Shown here piece after piece: positions 48,646 to 59,221 of a DNA stretch of 64,000 bases (the stretch's first letter is position 1; each line of letters opens with the position of its first letter). Under the pieces are notes generated by a model. It saw only the letters and a list, made by a program, of their open reading frames with translations, had not been told where the DNA came from and did not search any database. The DNA is from Marinosulfonomonas sp. (GTDB lineage Bacteria; Pseudomonadota; Alphaproteobacteria; Rhodobacterales; Rhodobacteraceae), in the NCBI GenBank assembly GCA_026984915.1, contig JALSRG010000110.1, positions 131 to 64,130 on the forward strand, read 5' to 3'. The position numbers were made by a program, and so were the translations under genes.

Positions 48646-50001
48646 ATGAGCGGTGAGGAAAAGGCGGGTATCTCCCTTGCGGTCGATGAAGAACGCGCCG
48701 GTGGCGGGCTTTCCGATCACCCGTTGCGTTACCAGTTGGCCAATGAGTTGCATGCCCGCCCGTTTCCGTCTCTGACCGCGCCCTGCCATGCGGTTTTTCT
48801 GGCGATCAAGGCCGGGAAAGATGCTGCCAGCCGGAACCTTGCAGCAGACCGGGCGCATCTGATTGCTTTGCTGGATCGGTTCGGTGCGCCACATCCGCCG
48901 CCCGATGCAACGCATTATTTCGGGGATATTGGCCGCCATAAACTGAAGTGGGAGCAACATACCGAATTTGTCACCTATACCCTGTTTGGCGAGGGTGTTG
49001 CGGGGCGGCCGTTTGACCCGGCGATGTTTGATGTATTTCCGGCTGACTGGCTGGCACAGGCACCGGGGCTGCGCCTGACCTCGGCCCTGATCCGGGTCGA
49101 GGAAATGCCCACCGGCAATGTGGATGATGCCAAGGTGCAGCAACAGCTCTATCATCGGTTCCGGAAATGGTTTGTGCCGGAAAGCCTGGCGGCCTCGTTT
49201 GTTGCCGAACGAAGTGCCGTGATTGCCGGGGACTACAGAATTGATGGTGCCGGGCATCTGCGCTTTGCGGTTTTTACCCGCAAGGGTATAAGTCAGCGAA
49301 GGATAGGCCGTATCGTCCAGCGTCTTTGCGAAGTGGAAACCTACAAGACAATGGCCCTACTTGCCTTGCCAAAGGCACGAACGCTCGCAAAGCAACTGGC
49401 CGTACAGGACGCGCAGGTTGCGGAACTGGTCCGCCATATCAAGGGAACAAAACGTCCGGAATCCGAAGTACTGGATGAGCTTTTGGGCATTTCAACGGAA
49501 CTGGAAAACCTTGTTGCCCAGAGCAGTTTCAGGTTTTCGGCTACCAAAGCCTATGCGGCAATCGTGGAACAACGCATTGCCGTGATGCGTGAAGAACGTT
49601 TTGCCGACCGGCAGACCTTTTCCGAGTTCATGCTGCGCCGGTTTGATCCGGCCATGCGCACAGTAAAGGCTGTGGCACGACAACTGGACGCCCTGGCCGA
49701 ACGCACCAAGCGTGCCGGTGATCTGCTGCGCACACGTGTCGAGGTTGAAAGAAGTGCCCAGAATCAGCAACTGTTGGCCAGTATGGATCGGCGCGCCGAT
49801 CTGCAACTCAGGTTGCAGAAAACGGTCGAGGGGCTGAGCGTCGTTGCCATCAGCTATTATGCGGTCAACCTGCTGACCTATGCGCTCTACCCTTTGGCCA
49901 AGCAGGCCGGCGTGGACAAACCGCACCTGTCAGCCTTTGCTACGCCGGTGGTGGTGTTTCTGGTTTGGCTGTTGGTCAGAAAAATCCGAAAGGCCCACTG
50001 A
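48646..50001 (+). CDS. DUF3422 family membrane-anchored protein
   Basis: About 450 aa. HPLRYQLANELHARPFP N-terminus, coiled-coil middle and two C-terminal TM helices. The start is ambiguous: in-frame GTG 48601 and ATG 48619 are also possible. Confidence 0.6.
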   Translation: MSGEEKAGISLAVDEERAGGGLSDHPLRYQLANELHARPFPSLTAPCHAVFLAIKAGKDAASRNLAADRAHLIALLDRFGAPHPPPDATHYFGDIGRHKLKWEQHTEFVTYTLFGEGVAGRPFDPAMFDVFPADWLAQAPGLRLTSALIRVEEMPTGNVDDAKVQQQLYHRFRKWFVPESLAASFVAERSAVIAGDYRIDGAGHLRFAVFTRKGISQRRIGRIVQRLCEVETYKTMALLALPKARTLAKQLAVQDAQVAELVRHIKGTKRPESEVLDELLGISTELENLVAQSSFRFSATKAYAAIVEQRIAVMREERFADRQTFSEFMLRRFDPAMRTVKAVARQLDALAERTKRAGDLLRTRVEVERSAQNQQLLASMDRRADLQLRLQKTVEGLSVVAISYYAVNLLTYALYPLAKQAGVDKPHLSAFATPVVVFLVWLLVRKIRKAH

Positions 50002-50040
50002 AGCCTTTCGAATATGGGGAAAACCTGTTCAGGCCCTTTG

Positions 50041-50964
50041 TCAGCGTCCCCTGATCCGCGGGTCCAGCGCGTCGCGCAACCCATCGCCAATGTAGTTTAC
50101 TGCCAGCACGGTGAGCGAGATGGCCAGGCCCGGCCAGATCACCCGTTCAGGATACTGTTGCAGATAGTCGGTGGCGTCAAACAGCAGCCGCCCCCATGTC
50201 GGGAAGTCGCTGGGAAAGCCCAGCCCGAGGAATGAGAGCGCACTTTCGGTGATGATCGCGTTGGCAATTCCCAGTGTGGCGGAAACCATGATCGGCGACA
50301 GCACATTGGGCAGCAGGTGGCGGGTGATCATCCGCCGGTTGGGGGTGCCGATGGAGCGCGCCGCCAAAATGAACTCACGTTCTTTCAGGGCCAGTACGTC
50401 ACCGCGCACAATCCGGGCAGTCTGCATCCAGCTCGTGATTCCGATGACGAAAACGATCAGAATGAAAATACCGCTCTCGGGGCCAAACGCCGCGCGCAAG
50501 GGGTCGCGAAACAGCATGATGATCACAAGCAGAAGCGGCAGCAATGGCAGGGCGAGAAACAAATCGGTGAACCGCATCAGCGGGCCGTCCAGCTTTTTGA
50601 AGTAGCCGGCGACCACGCCAATGAATGTGCCGAAAACCAGCGATAGCGCCATTGCCGTGACACCAACGGCGACCGAGGTCTGGCCTCCCTTCAGCATCCG
50701 CGCAAAAGTATCCCGGCCCAACTGATCGGTGCCAAACGGATGCGCGAAACTCGGCGCCTGATTGCGGGCACGAATATCAATGGTCTCATAACCGATGTGC
50801 CAGATATAAGGGCCTATGATCACGGCCAGCACGATGAAAAGGAAGAATGCGGCCCCAACCAGGGCTCCTTTGTGGGTTTTGAACTGGTCCCATACATCCC
50901 ACCATTGGCTGCGGGGCGGACGGATGGCCTGTTCCACGCTGGATTTTTTGGCAACCTCAGTCAT
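50041..50964 (-). CDS. peptide ABC transporter permease (DppC/OppC-like)
   Basis: Six-TM binding-protein-dependent permease pattern. ATG 50964 overlaps the upstream permease stop by 8 nt. Confidence 0.88.
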   Translation of the reverse strand: MTEVAKKSSVEQAIRPPRSQWWDVWDQFKTHKGALVGAAFFLFIVLAVIIGPYIWHIGYETIDIRARNQAPSFAHPFGTDQLGRDTFARMLKGGQTSVAVGVTAMALSLVFGTFIGVVAGYFKKLDGPLMRFTDLFLALPLLPLLLVIIMLFRDPLRAAFGPESGIFILIVFVIGITSWMQTARIVRGDVLALKEREFILAARSIGTPNRRMITRHLLPNVLSPIMVSATLGIANAIITESALSFLGLGFPSDFPTWGRLLFDATDYLQQYPERVIWPGLAISLTVLAVNYIGDGLRDALDPRIRGR

Positions 50965-51964
50965 AGCGGATCCTCGGGTCAAGTACGCCATACAGGATAT
51001 CGGCGATCAGGTTGAAGAGCACGATCAGGATCGCGAAAATAAAGGTCAGGGTCTGCACCATCGGCAGATCATTGGCATTGATTGCGGTGATCAGAAGCTG
51101 GCCAAGACCATTCACTTTGAACACCTGTTCGGTGATGATGGCACCGCCGAAAACCTGCGGTACCCCCAGCGCGATTACCGTCACTACCGGGATCATCGAG
51201 TTGCGCAGCACATGCACGACCACAACGACTTTCTCGCTCAGCCCTTTTGCCCGGGCGGTGCGCACATAATCCTGGTTGAGGTTGTCCAGCATGCTGGCGC
51301 GCATGAACCGGCTGATCTGTGCCGCGTTGTAAAGCGCAAGCACAAAAACCGGCATGATCATCTGTTTGACCTGCAGCGTAAACGTGTGCCAATCGTGGAC
51401 TTTCAGGGTGGTGTCGTAAATTGACGGGAACCAGCCCAGATAGACCGAAAAGATGACGATCAGCAGAACACCGGTAAAGAAGGTCGGTACAGAAAAGCCG
51501 ATCATCGAAATGAACGTGCCGAGTTGGTCGAAGATCGAGTATTGCTTGTAGGCAGAGATGACCCCGATCGGCACGGCAATCAACGCGCCCAATACATAAG
51601 AAAGCCCGACAACCCACAGGGTTTGCGGTATCCGCTGGGCAACGATATCCATGACCGGGCTGCGGGTTTGCCAACTGATGACGCGCTGCATGCCCTCGCC
51701 CCAATGGGTGCCGAACAAGCTGTCTATCAGGTGTATGGGCTCGACCCAGAAAAACTGCTGTATCCATTTTAGAAATCTGACGTAGGTTGGCTGATCAAGG
51801 CCCAGTGCTTCGCGCATTTTCTCCTTTACATCTGGCGGAACCGTCAGTGGGACATTCGCCATGGGATCCCCCGGGGCCAGTTCCAGCAACAGGAAAATGA
51901 CCAGAGAGATGAACAGAAGCGTCGGAATCGCCATTAGCAATCGTCGGATGGTGAAATTGAGCAT
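50957..51964 (-). CDS. peptide ABC transporter permease (DppB/OppB-like)
   Basis: 335 aa. MLNFTIRRLLMAIPTLLFISLVIF N-terminus and YVRTARAKGLSE EAA-loop region. Confidence 0.9.
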   Translation of the reverse strand: MLNFTIRRLLMAIPTLLFISLVIFLLLELAPGDPMANVPLTVPPDVKEKMREALGLDQPTYVRFLKWIQQFFWVEPIHLIDSLFGTHWGEGMQRVISWQTRSPVMDIVAQRIPQTLWVVGLSYVLGALIAVPIGVISAYKQYSIFDQLGTFISMIGFSVPTFFTGVLLIVIFSVYLGWFPSIYDTTLKVHDWHTFTLQVKQMIMPVFVLALYNAAQISRFMRASMLDNLNQDYVRTARAKGLSEKVVVVVHVLRNSMIPVVTVIALGVPQVFGGAIITEQVFKVNGLGQLLITAINANDLPMVQTLTFIFAILIVLFNLIADILYGVLDPRIRYD

Positions 51965-52048
51965 GGACGCCTCGGTTTATCTATCTTGCTGAGAGAAGCG
52001 CTGCACCCCGTCATTGACGGGATGCAGCAGGGATGTCGGATCAGATGA

Positions 52049-53746
52049 TCACTTGATGCGGAACCAGTCAGCGGCATTCCACAGTTCAGAATCCCATGTG
52101 TTGAGAACCACACCACCAAGGCTATTGGCGTGTGCTGATACCCGGCCACGATCGACCAGCGGCAGAATGATATAGTCCTGCATCAGCATGTCGTTCATTG
52201 CTTTGGCAAGACGGGCGCGCTCGTTCAGGTCGCCAGTTGTTGCCATCTCAGCCACAAGCTTGTCATAATCTTCTGAGCAGTAGCGCGGCATATTGTTGCC
52301 CTGCCATTGGTTTTCCGGGCTTGGGGCCTGCTTGCACTCCCAGTAGGCCATATAGCTTTCAGGATCGGTGCCATCAAAGTTGTTTGCGTACATCTCGACG
52401 TCTGCAAAGAACTTTTGAAAGGTGTCCGGTGAACCGGGATCAGAACCAAAGAACACAGACGCATCAATGTTGCGCAATTCGGTTTCAACGCCAATCTGTT
52501 TCCACCACTCCTTGATCAGCGCCTGGAAGTCCTGGCGCACAGCATTCGTCGATGTCTGATACAGAATCGACAGGCGTACGCCGTCCTTGGCACGAATGCC
52601 GTCAGCGCCAACCTTCCAGCCGGCGTTATCGAGCAGCGCTTTTGCTCCCTCAATGTCCTGAACCAGGCAGCCGTCGTTTGCGGTCGATTTGTAGATTTCC
52701 GGTGCCGGAAGCACGTTGCAAGTCGGGCGACCTGCTGCGCCATATCCGATCTCCACCAACAGTTCACGATCGATCGCCATGCTGAGGGCTTGGCGAACGG
52801 CCTTGTCAGTAAGGAACGGATGCGGGTGCTTGCGGGTGGCGCGCTCGTCGCCCCACTTCGGATCCGGATCGGTCAAGTTAATCATGATCCGCTCAACCAG
52901 TGTGCCAAATGACGACACAACCGTGCCTTTGCCTTTTGCAGACATATTGGCCAGGACATCTGGTGCCAGTTGCAGATTCCAGGCATAATCGAATTCGCCG
53001 GTTTCCAGAACGGCACGACCTGCGGCTGTCGCGTCACCGCCACCTTTGAAAGTTACGGTCGCAAAAGCCGGCTTGTTGGGGTCGCGATAGTTATCATTTG
53101 CCTTAAGTGAAATAACATCATTCGGGCGAAACTCGGTGACGACAAAGGGGCCAGTCCCTATCGGGGCAAAGTTCTGCTCGGAGCACTCCGGTGCTTTTGG
53201 CCCCATACAGTTTGCGAATTGGGCTTTCTGTATGATCGGAGCCTGAGCGCCGACAAACGGGCCATATGGGAATGGTTTGGCCACATCGAAATGTACAATA
53301 ACGGTTAATTCATCCGGCGTTTCAACACTGGCGACATTGTTGTATTTCTCCGACTGCGAACACCCGCCACCTTCTGCTGTGCAGTATTCCCAGCTAAACT
53401 TTACATCTTCCGATGTTACCGGGGAACCGTCTGACCACTTCAGGCCTGATTTTAGCTTCCATGTAATGGATTTTAGATCAGCAGAAACGCCACCGTTTTC
53501 AACCGTGGGAACTGATTCAGCCAGCCAGGGTACCATGTTGCCATCTTGGTCGTAGCGGGCAAGAGGCTCGATTACCAAACTCGCCGCCTCCAGTTCTTTT
53601 GTGCCGCCAGACAAGTAGGGGTTCATCATCGATGGGGCCTGCCAATAGATGATGTTTACGTGGCCATCGTCGCCGCGCCCGGCCATGGCCGCAGGGGCCA
53701 TGGCGAAAGCAGCCGCCGCGCCAAGTAGAATGTGTTTGAGTTTCAT
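52049..53746 (-). CDS. ABC transporter substrate-binding protein, family 5 (peptide/nickel)
   Basis: AGGAG RBS, signal peptide (AAAFAMAPAAMAG), and a length and pattern typical of SBP family 5. Confidence 0.85.
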   Translation of the reverse strand: MKLKHILLGAAAAFAMAPAAMAGRGDDGHVNIIYWQAPSMMNPYLSGGTKELEAASLVIEPLARYDQDGNMVPWLAESVPTVENGGVSADLKSITWKLKSGLKWSDGSPVTSEDVKFSWEYCTAEGGGCSQSEKYNNVASVETPDELTVIVHFDVAKPFPYGPFVGAQAPIIQKAQFANCMGPKAPECSEQNFAPIGTGPFVVTEFRPNDVISLKANDNYRDPNKPAFATVTFKGGGDATAAGRAVLETGEFDYAWNLQLAPDVLANMSAKGKGTVVSSFGTLVERIMINLTDPDPKWGDERATRKHPHPFLTDKAVRQALSMAIDRELLVEIGYGAAGRPTCNVLPAPEIYKSTANDGCLVQDIEGAKALLDNAGWKVGADGIRAKDGVRLSILYQTSTNAVRQDFQALIKEWWKQIGVETELRNIDASVFFGSDPGSPDTFQKFFADVEMYANNFDGTDPESYMAYWECKQAPSPENQWQGNNMPRYCSEDYDKLVAEMATTGDLNERARLAKAMNDMLMQDYIILPLVDRGRVSAHANSLGGVVLNTWDSELWNAADWFRIK

Positions 53747-53781
53747 GTTTGTTTTCTCCTTATTGGAATAGCTCTGTGGCC

Positions 53782-54813
53782 TCATTGCGTCTCCGGTTCC
53801 TCCGAAGCTTCTCTTTTTCTGTCTCCGAAAAGGTGGCAGGCGACGAAACGGCCTGGCTCCACCTCTTCAAATTTCGGTTCTTCGTGATGGCATATGGGTA
53901 AAACGTTCGGGCAGCGCGTACAGAAGTTGCAGCCTTCCGGTGGGTTTGAAGGCGAGGGAACATCGCCTTGCAGAATGATCCGTTCCACAACTTCCTCGGA
54001 ATTCGGATCCGGGTCCGGCACAGCGGACAAAAGCGCAACCGTATAGGGGTGTTTGGGGGTGGCGTAAATGTCGTCTCTCGGTGCAAGTTCCACGACTTTG
54101 CCCAGATACATGACAGCGACGCGATCCGCGATATGACGCACCATCGACAGGTCATGACTGATAAACAGGTAGGTCAGTCCAAGCTTTTTCTGCAACCCCT
54201 CCAACAGGTTTACAACCTGCGCCTGAATAGAGACATCCAGTGCGGCGATGGGTTCGTCACAGACGATGAATTTGGGGTTCAGGGCAAGGGCGCGGGCAAT
54301 GCCGATGCGCTGACGTTGCCCGCCGGAGAATTCATGCGGATATCGGTTGGCAAAGTTCCGGTTCAATCCAACGGCATCCATCAGTTCGTATATGCGATCA
54401 AGTCGGGCGGCCTTGCTGAGGTTTCCGTGCTCCATCAACGGTTCGCCAATGATGGATGCCACCGTCATCCGCGGGTCAAGTGACGCCTGCGGATCCTGGA
54501 AAACCATCTGCATCGTCGGCCTTATCTTTCGCAAAGCCGATTGTGGGGTATGGCCGATCTCGACCCCGTCAATCACCACGGACCCATCGGTAATATCATA
54601 AAGGCGTAAAATGGCGCGGCCACATGTGGATTTTCCACAGCCGGATTCGCCAACCAGCCCGAGCGTTTCCCCTTCGAATATATCGAACGATACGCCATCA
54701 ACCGCTTTCACCTCGCCAACCTGTTTGCGAAACACCCCCGCGTAGATCGGAAAATGCATTTTCAGGTCACGCACTTCGACCAGCTTTCTTGCGGGTGCAG
54801 AGGTATCAAACAT
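53782..54813 (-). CDS. peptide ABC transporter ATP-binding protein (DppF/OppF-like)
   Basis: Walker [10 protein letters not shown], signature FSGGQRQR, Walker B FIVCDEP and the oligopeptide-type C-terminal Cys motif. ATG 54813 overlaps the upstream ATPase stop. Confidence 0.9.
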   Translation of the reverse strand: MFDTSAPARKLVEVRDLKMHFPIYAGVFRKQVGEVKAVDGVSFDIFEGETLGLVGESGCGKSTCGRAILRLYDITDGSVVIDGVEIGHTPQSALRKIRPTMQMVFQDPQASLDPRMTVASIIGEPLMEHGNLSKAARLDRIYELMDAVGLNRNFANRYPHEFSGGQRQRIGIARALALNPKFIVCDEPIAALDVSIQAQVVNLLEGLQKKLGLTYLFISHDLSMVRHIADRVAVMYLGKVVELAPRDDIYATPKHPYTVALLSAVPDPDPNSEEVVERIILQGDVPSPSNPPEGCNFCTRCPNVLPICHHEEPKFEEVEPGRFVACHLFGDRKREASEEPETQ

Positions 54814-55810
54814 GTGCCGGCCCCCCGATCGCAGCGTCCCAGAAACAGGCGACGTCATGGCCTTTGCCAACGGGGCGGCGTAGCGGATTCTCGCGCTCGC
54901 AACGTTCAAAAACATGCGGGCAGCGGTCCCGGAACGGACAGGCCGTCGGGGCAGCCCCCAGCACGGGTGGCTGTCCTTCAATCACATGCAGGTTTTCTGC
55001 GCGTTTGCCCCTTACGCTGGGGACGGTTTTCAGGAGGGCGCGTGTATAGGGGTGCTGCGGATTGCCAAACAGTTCCTTGACCGGGGCCTGCTCAACGACC
55101 TGACCGGCATACATCACCATGACCCGGTCAGCGATACCGGCAATGACACCCAGATCATGGGTGATCCAGACAATGGCCATGCCCAGTTTCTGGCGCAGGT
55201 CTTTGACCAATTCCAGTATCTGCGCCTGAATGGTCACATCCAGCGCCGTTGTCGGTTCATCCGCGATCAGAACCTCGGGATCACAGGCCAGAGCCATTGC
55301 GATCATCACCCGCTGACGCATGCCACCGGAAAACTGGTGCGGAAAATCGTCAAGCCGGCCGGCGGCATCAGGAATACCGACCAGTTCCAGCAGTTCTGCA
55401 GCGCGTTTTGCCGCCTGTTTCTTTTTCATGCCCATATGCGTGCGCAAGGGTTCCATCAACTGAAAACCAACGGTGAATACCGGGTTGAGAGATGTCATCG
55501 GATCCTGAAAAATAAATCCGACCCGGGCACCGCGAATGGCGCGCAACTCATCAGCATCGACAAGCAACAGGTCGCGCCCGTCAAAAAGAACCTGCCCGGC
55601 GCGGACTTCGGCCGGGGGGGACGGCAGCAACCCGATCAGAGACATCATCGTTACCGATTTTCCCGAACCGGATTCGCCCACGACCCCCAGGAGTTCACCA
55701 GGCCGCAAGTCAAAACTGACCGAGTTCACCGCATGAACTTCGCCGGTCCGTGTTTTGAAAACAGTTTTAAGGTCCCTGACATCAAGGACGGGCAGCGCCC
55801 CATCGGGCAT
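54806..55810 (-). CDS. peptide ABC transporter ATP-binding protein (DppD/OppD-like)
   Basis: Walker A GESGSGKS, signature FSGGMRQR and Walker [12 protein letters not shown]. Confidence 0.9.
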   Translation of the reverse strand: MPDGALPVLDVRDLKTVFKTRTGEVHAVNSVSFDLRPGELLGVVGESGSGKSVTMMSLIGLLPSPPAEVRAGQVLFDGRDLLLVDADELRAIRGARVGFIFQDPMTSLNPVFTVGFQLMEPLRTHMGMKKKQAAKRAAELLELVGIPDAAGRLDDFPHQFSGGMRQRVMIAMALACDPEVLIADEPTTALDVTIQAQILELVKDLRQKLGMAIVWITHDLGVIAGIADRVMVMYAGQVVEQAPVKELFGNPQHPYTRALLKTVPSVRGKRAENLHVIEGQPPVLGAAPTACPFRDRCPHVFERCERENPLRRPVGKGHDVACFWDAAIGGPAHV

Positions 55811-55962
55811 GGCATTCCCCCAGTTGTATGACACGCAGTTCGTAATGGCTGCGCTTGCTATCCCGTGACGTTAGCAGGAAAAATTCCAGCTTCAACCGCT
55901 AATCTGGCGAAGTGATGCGCGACTTTGCGTCAATAAGACGGTTCCCCGGCCGGTTTGTCTCT

Positions 55963-55984
55963 CTCAATTCGGGCTCAATTCGGG
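55963..55984. repeat. perfect tandem 11-bp repeat (ctcaattcggg x2) abutting a TTGACC hexamer
   Basis: Read directly from the sequence. Lies in the divergent intergenic region between the ABC operon and the ArgE-like gene, about 60 nt upstream of ATG 56044. Confidence 0.85.
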
Positions 55985-56043
55985 TTGACCTTCACAGTTT
56001 TGGAGAGCAACCTGCGGCCGGTACCCGGCTGGAGAAGCACTAC

Positions 56044-57210
56044 ATGACAATCAATGCGACGGCCCGCGAGTTGCTCGAAAAACTGGTCTCCTTCCAAACC
56101 GTCAGTAAAAATTCGAATCTTGATCTTGTCGACTGGGTCGAAAGCTGGTTGCAGGATCGCGGAATCAAAACCACACGCGTTTACAATACGTCCGGTGACA
56201 AGGCGAGCCTCTATGCCCAGGTCGGCCCGGATGTCGAAGGCGGTGTCATTCTTTCCGGGCATACGGATGTCGTGCCGGTCGAAGGGCAGGCCTGGGATAC
56301 AGATCCGTTCACAGTGGTTGAAAAGGACGGCAAGCTTTTCGGCCGCGGAACTTGTGACATGAAAGGGTTTGATGCGCTGTCCCTGGCCGCACTTGATCTG
56401 GCCGGGCAAAGCGACCTGAAGCGCCCGCTGCAAATCGCGCTTTCCTATGACGAGGAAGTCGGCTGCCTTGGCGCCCCGGCTCTGATCGACCATTTGTCCA
56501 GCCATCTGCCCCGTGCCGCCGCCGCGATCATTGGAGAGCCGTCCATGATGCAGGCTGTGACCGGCCACAAGGGGGGGCGTGGTTATGGTGTGCACCTGCG
56601 CGGCTTTGAGGTTCATTCTTCGATGTTGCCCCAGGGGGTATCAGCCGTCATGCAGGGCGCACGGTTGATTGACTGGGCAAACCGGATGAACCGCGAAATA
56701 CAAGCTCGCAAACCCAGCGAGATGGCTGCGATTTTCGACCCACCCTTTACAACTTTGCATGTGGGGATGGTTTCTGGGGGCACCGCGCACAACATCACGG
56801 CAAAGGAATGTGATTTCGTGCTGGCGATGCGGGTCGTCCCTGATGAGGATCCGGAGAGCTACAAGGCAGCGTTCCTTCGGGAAGTGGCCCGGGTTGAGGC
56901 CGACATGCAGGCGATCCGTCCGGAAACCGGCATTGATGTCAGGGATGTTTTTGATGTTCCCGGTTTGCGCCCGGAAACCGATGGGGTTGCCGAATCCATC
57001 GTGCGCCGCCTGACCGGTGACAATGGCCAACATGTCGTTTCCTATGGAACCGAGGCCGGACAGTTTCAGCAGGCGGGATACAGCGCCGTCATTTGTGGCC
57101 CCGGAGACATTGCCCAGGCGCATCAGCCCAATGAGTTTCTGACGTTGGAGCAATTCAACGCAGGTGGTGTTTTCATGCACCGTCTGATCGAAAATCTTTG
57201 CAAGGAGTAA
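56044..57210 (+). CDS. acetylornithine deacetylase-like M20 peptidase (ArgE family)
   Basis: 388 aa. SGHTDVVP and GRGTCDMKG motifs. Confidence 0.8.
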   Translation: MTINATARELLEKLVSFQTVSKNSNLDLVDWVESWLQDRGIKTTRVYNTSGDKASLYAQVGPDVEGGVILSGHTDVVPVEGQAWDTDPFTVVEKDGKLFGRGTCDMKGFDALSLAALDLAGQSDLKRPLQIALSYDEEVGCLGAPALIDHLSSHLPRAAAAIIGEPSMMQAVTGHKGGRGYGVHLRGFEVHSSMLPQGVSAVMQGARLIDWANRMNREIQARKPSEMAAIFDPPFTTLHVGMVSGGTAHNITAKECDFVLAMRVVPDEDPESYKAAFLREVARVEADMQAIRPETGIDVRDVFDVPGLRPETDGVAESIVRRLTGDNGQHVVSYGTEAGQFQQAGYSAVICGPGDIAQAHQPNEFLTLEQFNAGGVFMHRLIENLCKE

Positions 57211-57215
57211 CTCGA

Positions 57216-58379
57216 ATGCCCGTCAAGAACCGTTTTGCCGAATTGCAGCCGGAAATCACCGCATGGCGCCGCCATTTGCACGAAAATCCCGAACTGTTGT
57301 TCGATACGCCGAAAACCTCGGCCTTTATCGAACAGAAACTGAAGGAAATCGGTGTTGATGAGGTTGTCAGCGGCATCGGACGCACCGGTGTTGTCGCCGT
57401 GATCAAGGGCAAAACGGATACTTCGGGCAAGGTGATCGGTTTGCGGGCGGATTTTGACGCTTTGCCTATTCTGGAGGCAACGGGCCTGGATTATGCCAGC
57501 AAAACGCCTGGCGTCATGCATGCCTGTGGTCATGACGGCCATACTGCGATGCTGCTGGGCGCGGCCAAATACCTTGCGGAAACCCGGAATTTTGACGGCA
57601 CTGCCGTCCTTATTTTTCAACCGGCCGAGGAGGGCGGCGGTGGCGGCAAGGAAATGGTCGATGACGGCATGATGGACCGTTGGAACATTCAGGAAGTCTA
57701 TGGCATGCACAACTGGCCAGGTGAGGATGTCGGCACGTTTGCCATCCGTCCCGGAGCATTTTTTGCGGCAACCGACCAGTTTGAGATCGAGGTGGAAGGC
57801 AAGGGGGGGCACGCCGCCAAGCCCAACGCGACAATTGATACGACGGTTGTGGCCAGCCACATTGTCATCGCCTTGCAAAGCATTGTCAGCCGCAATGTGG
57901 ACCCGGTTGAACAGGCCGTGGTTTCGGTTACAAGCTTTGAGACGGAAAGCAAGGCATTCAATGTCATTCCGCAGCATGTCAGGCTGAAGGGAACCGTGCG
58001 CACTCTGAAAGACGAAATACGTGATTTGGCCGAGGTTCGCCTGAAAGCACTGGCTGAAAACACGGCGGCGGCCTATGGCGCTACGGCAAAAGTCAACTAT
58101 ATGCGCGGCTACCCGGCCATGGTGAATGCGCCAGCACAAACCGAGTTTGCAGCAGAAGTTGCAGCCAAGGTTGCCGGAGAATGCAAAGACGCGCCGCTGG
58201 TGATGGGCGGCGAGGATTTTGCCTATATGCTGGAAAGCCGGCCCGGCGCCTATATACTGGTGGGCAATGGTGATACGGCCATGGTGCATCACCCGCAGTA
58301 CAATTTCAACGACGAGGCTATTCCGGCCGGTTGCAGTTGGTGGGCCGAAATTGTTGAAACCCGCATGCCGGCCAACTGA
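57216..58379 (+). CDS. M20D amidohydrolase (hippurate hydrolase / N-acyl-amino acid amidohydrolase-like)
   Basis: AAGGAG RBS. MHACGHDGH motif. Peptidase M20D layout. Confidence 0.85.
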   Translation: MPVKNRFAELQPEITAWRRHLHENPELLFDTPKTSAFIEQKLKEIGVDEVVSGIGRTGVVAVIKGKTDTSGKVIGLRADFDALPILEATGLDYASKTPGVMHACGHDGHTAMLLGAAKYLAETRNFDGTAVLIFQPAEEGGGGGKEMVDDGMMDRWNIQEVYGMHNWPGEDVGTFAIRPGAFFAATDQFEIEVEGKGGHAAKPNATIDTTVVASHIVIALQSIVSRNVDPVEQAVVSVTSFETESKAFNVIPQHVRLKGTVRTLKDEIRDLAEVRLKALAENTAAAYGATAKVNYMRGYPAMVNAPAQTEFAAEVAAKVAGECKDAPLVMGGEDFAYMLESRPGAYILVGNGDTAMVHHPQYNFNDEAIPAGCSWWAEIVETRMPAN

Positions 58380-58388
58380 GGCACATCT

Positions 58389-59129
58389 GTGAAACCCTTT
58401 CTGATCCTGCAATTACGCCCGGAGGATGAGGCGGCGGAAGACGAGTTTCAGGCTTTTCTGGACAAGGGCGGGCTGAGCACGGACGAGGTGCGCCGCGTCA
58501 GGCTTGATCAGGAATGCCTGCCTGAACAGCTTGATTTGTCACCGTTCAGCGGTGTGATCGTCGGTGGCGGGCCGGGTTGTGTTTCGGACCCGCCAGCCAG
58601 AAAATCAGCCATCGAGGCCAGAATAGAGGCAGAAATTCTGGGGCTGATGCCGCAGGTAACGGCGCAGGATATCCCGTTTCTGGGGTGCTGTTACGGCATC
58701 GGGATTCTGGGTGAACATCTGGGGGCGGAGGTCAGCAAGGCGCGTTATGGCGAACCGGTCGGCCCGACCGGATGCATTGTGACAGAAACAGCCAGGGCGG
58801 ATCCGCTGCTGAATGGGCTGCCGCATGAATTTCAGGCCTTTGTCGGCCACAAGGAAGCGTTGCAGGAATTGCCCGCAGGTTGTGTGCATCTTGTGCAATC
58901 CGGTCCCTGTCCCTATCAGATGGTGCGCTATGGCCAGAATGTCTATGCAACGCAGTTCCATCCCGAAGCGGACAGCGCGGTTTTTGAATTGCGCATCCGG
59001 GTATACCGGAACCGTGGATATTTTGCACCGGAAGAGGCCGACAAGCTGGTGGACATGTGCCGCAATGCAGACGTGCACGCGCCAGAGAAAATATTGAAAA
59101 ACTTTGTGCGCCGTTACCGCGCAGATTAG
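58389..59129 (+). CDS. class I glutamine amidotransferase-like protein
   Basis: Nucleophile elbow FLGCCYGIGIL and His motif ATQFHPE. GTG start. Confidence 0.75.
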   Translation: MKPFLILQLRPEDEAAEDEFQAFLDKGGLSTDEVRRVRLDQECLPEQLDLSPFSGVIVGGGPGCVSDPPARKSAIEARIEAEILGLMPQVTAQDIPFLGCCYGIGILGEHLGAEVSKARYGEPVGPTGCIVTETARADPLLNGLPHEFQAFVGHKEALQELPAGCVHLVQSGPCPYQMVRYGQNVYATQFHPEADSAVFELRIRVYRNRGYFAPEEADKLVDMCRNADVHAPEKILKNFVRRYRAD

Positions 59130-59221
59130 GCCTTGGAGTTGTGTAGATTCTGACAGGCTTATAATGTAGTCATACAGAAAGATCACAACTATAAGCTGGA
59201 GGAAGTTAGTTAAAGAGTATT

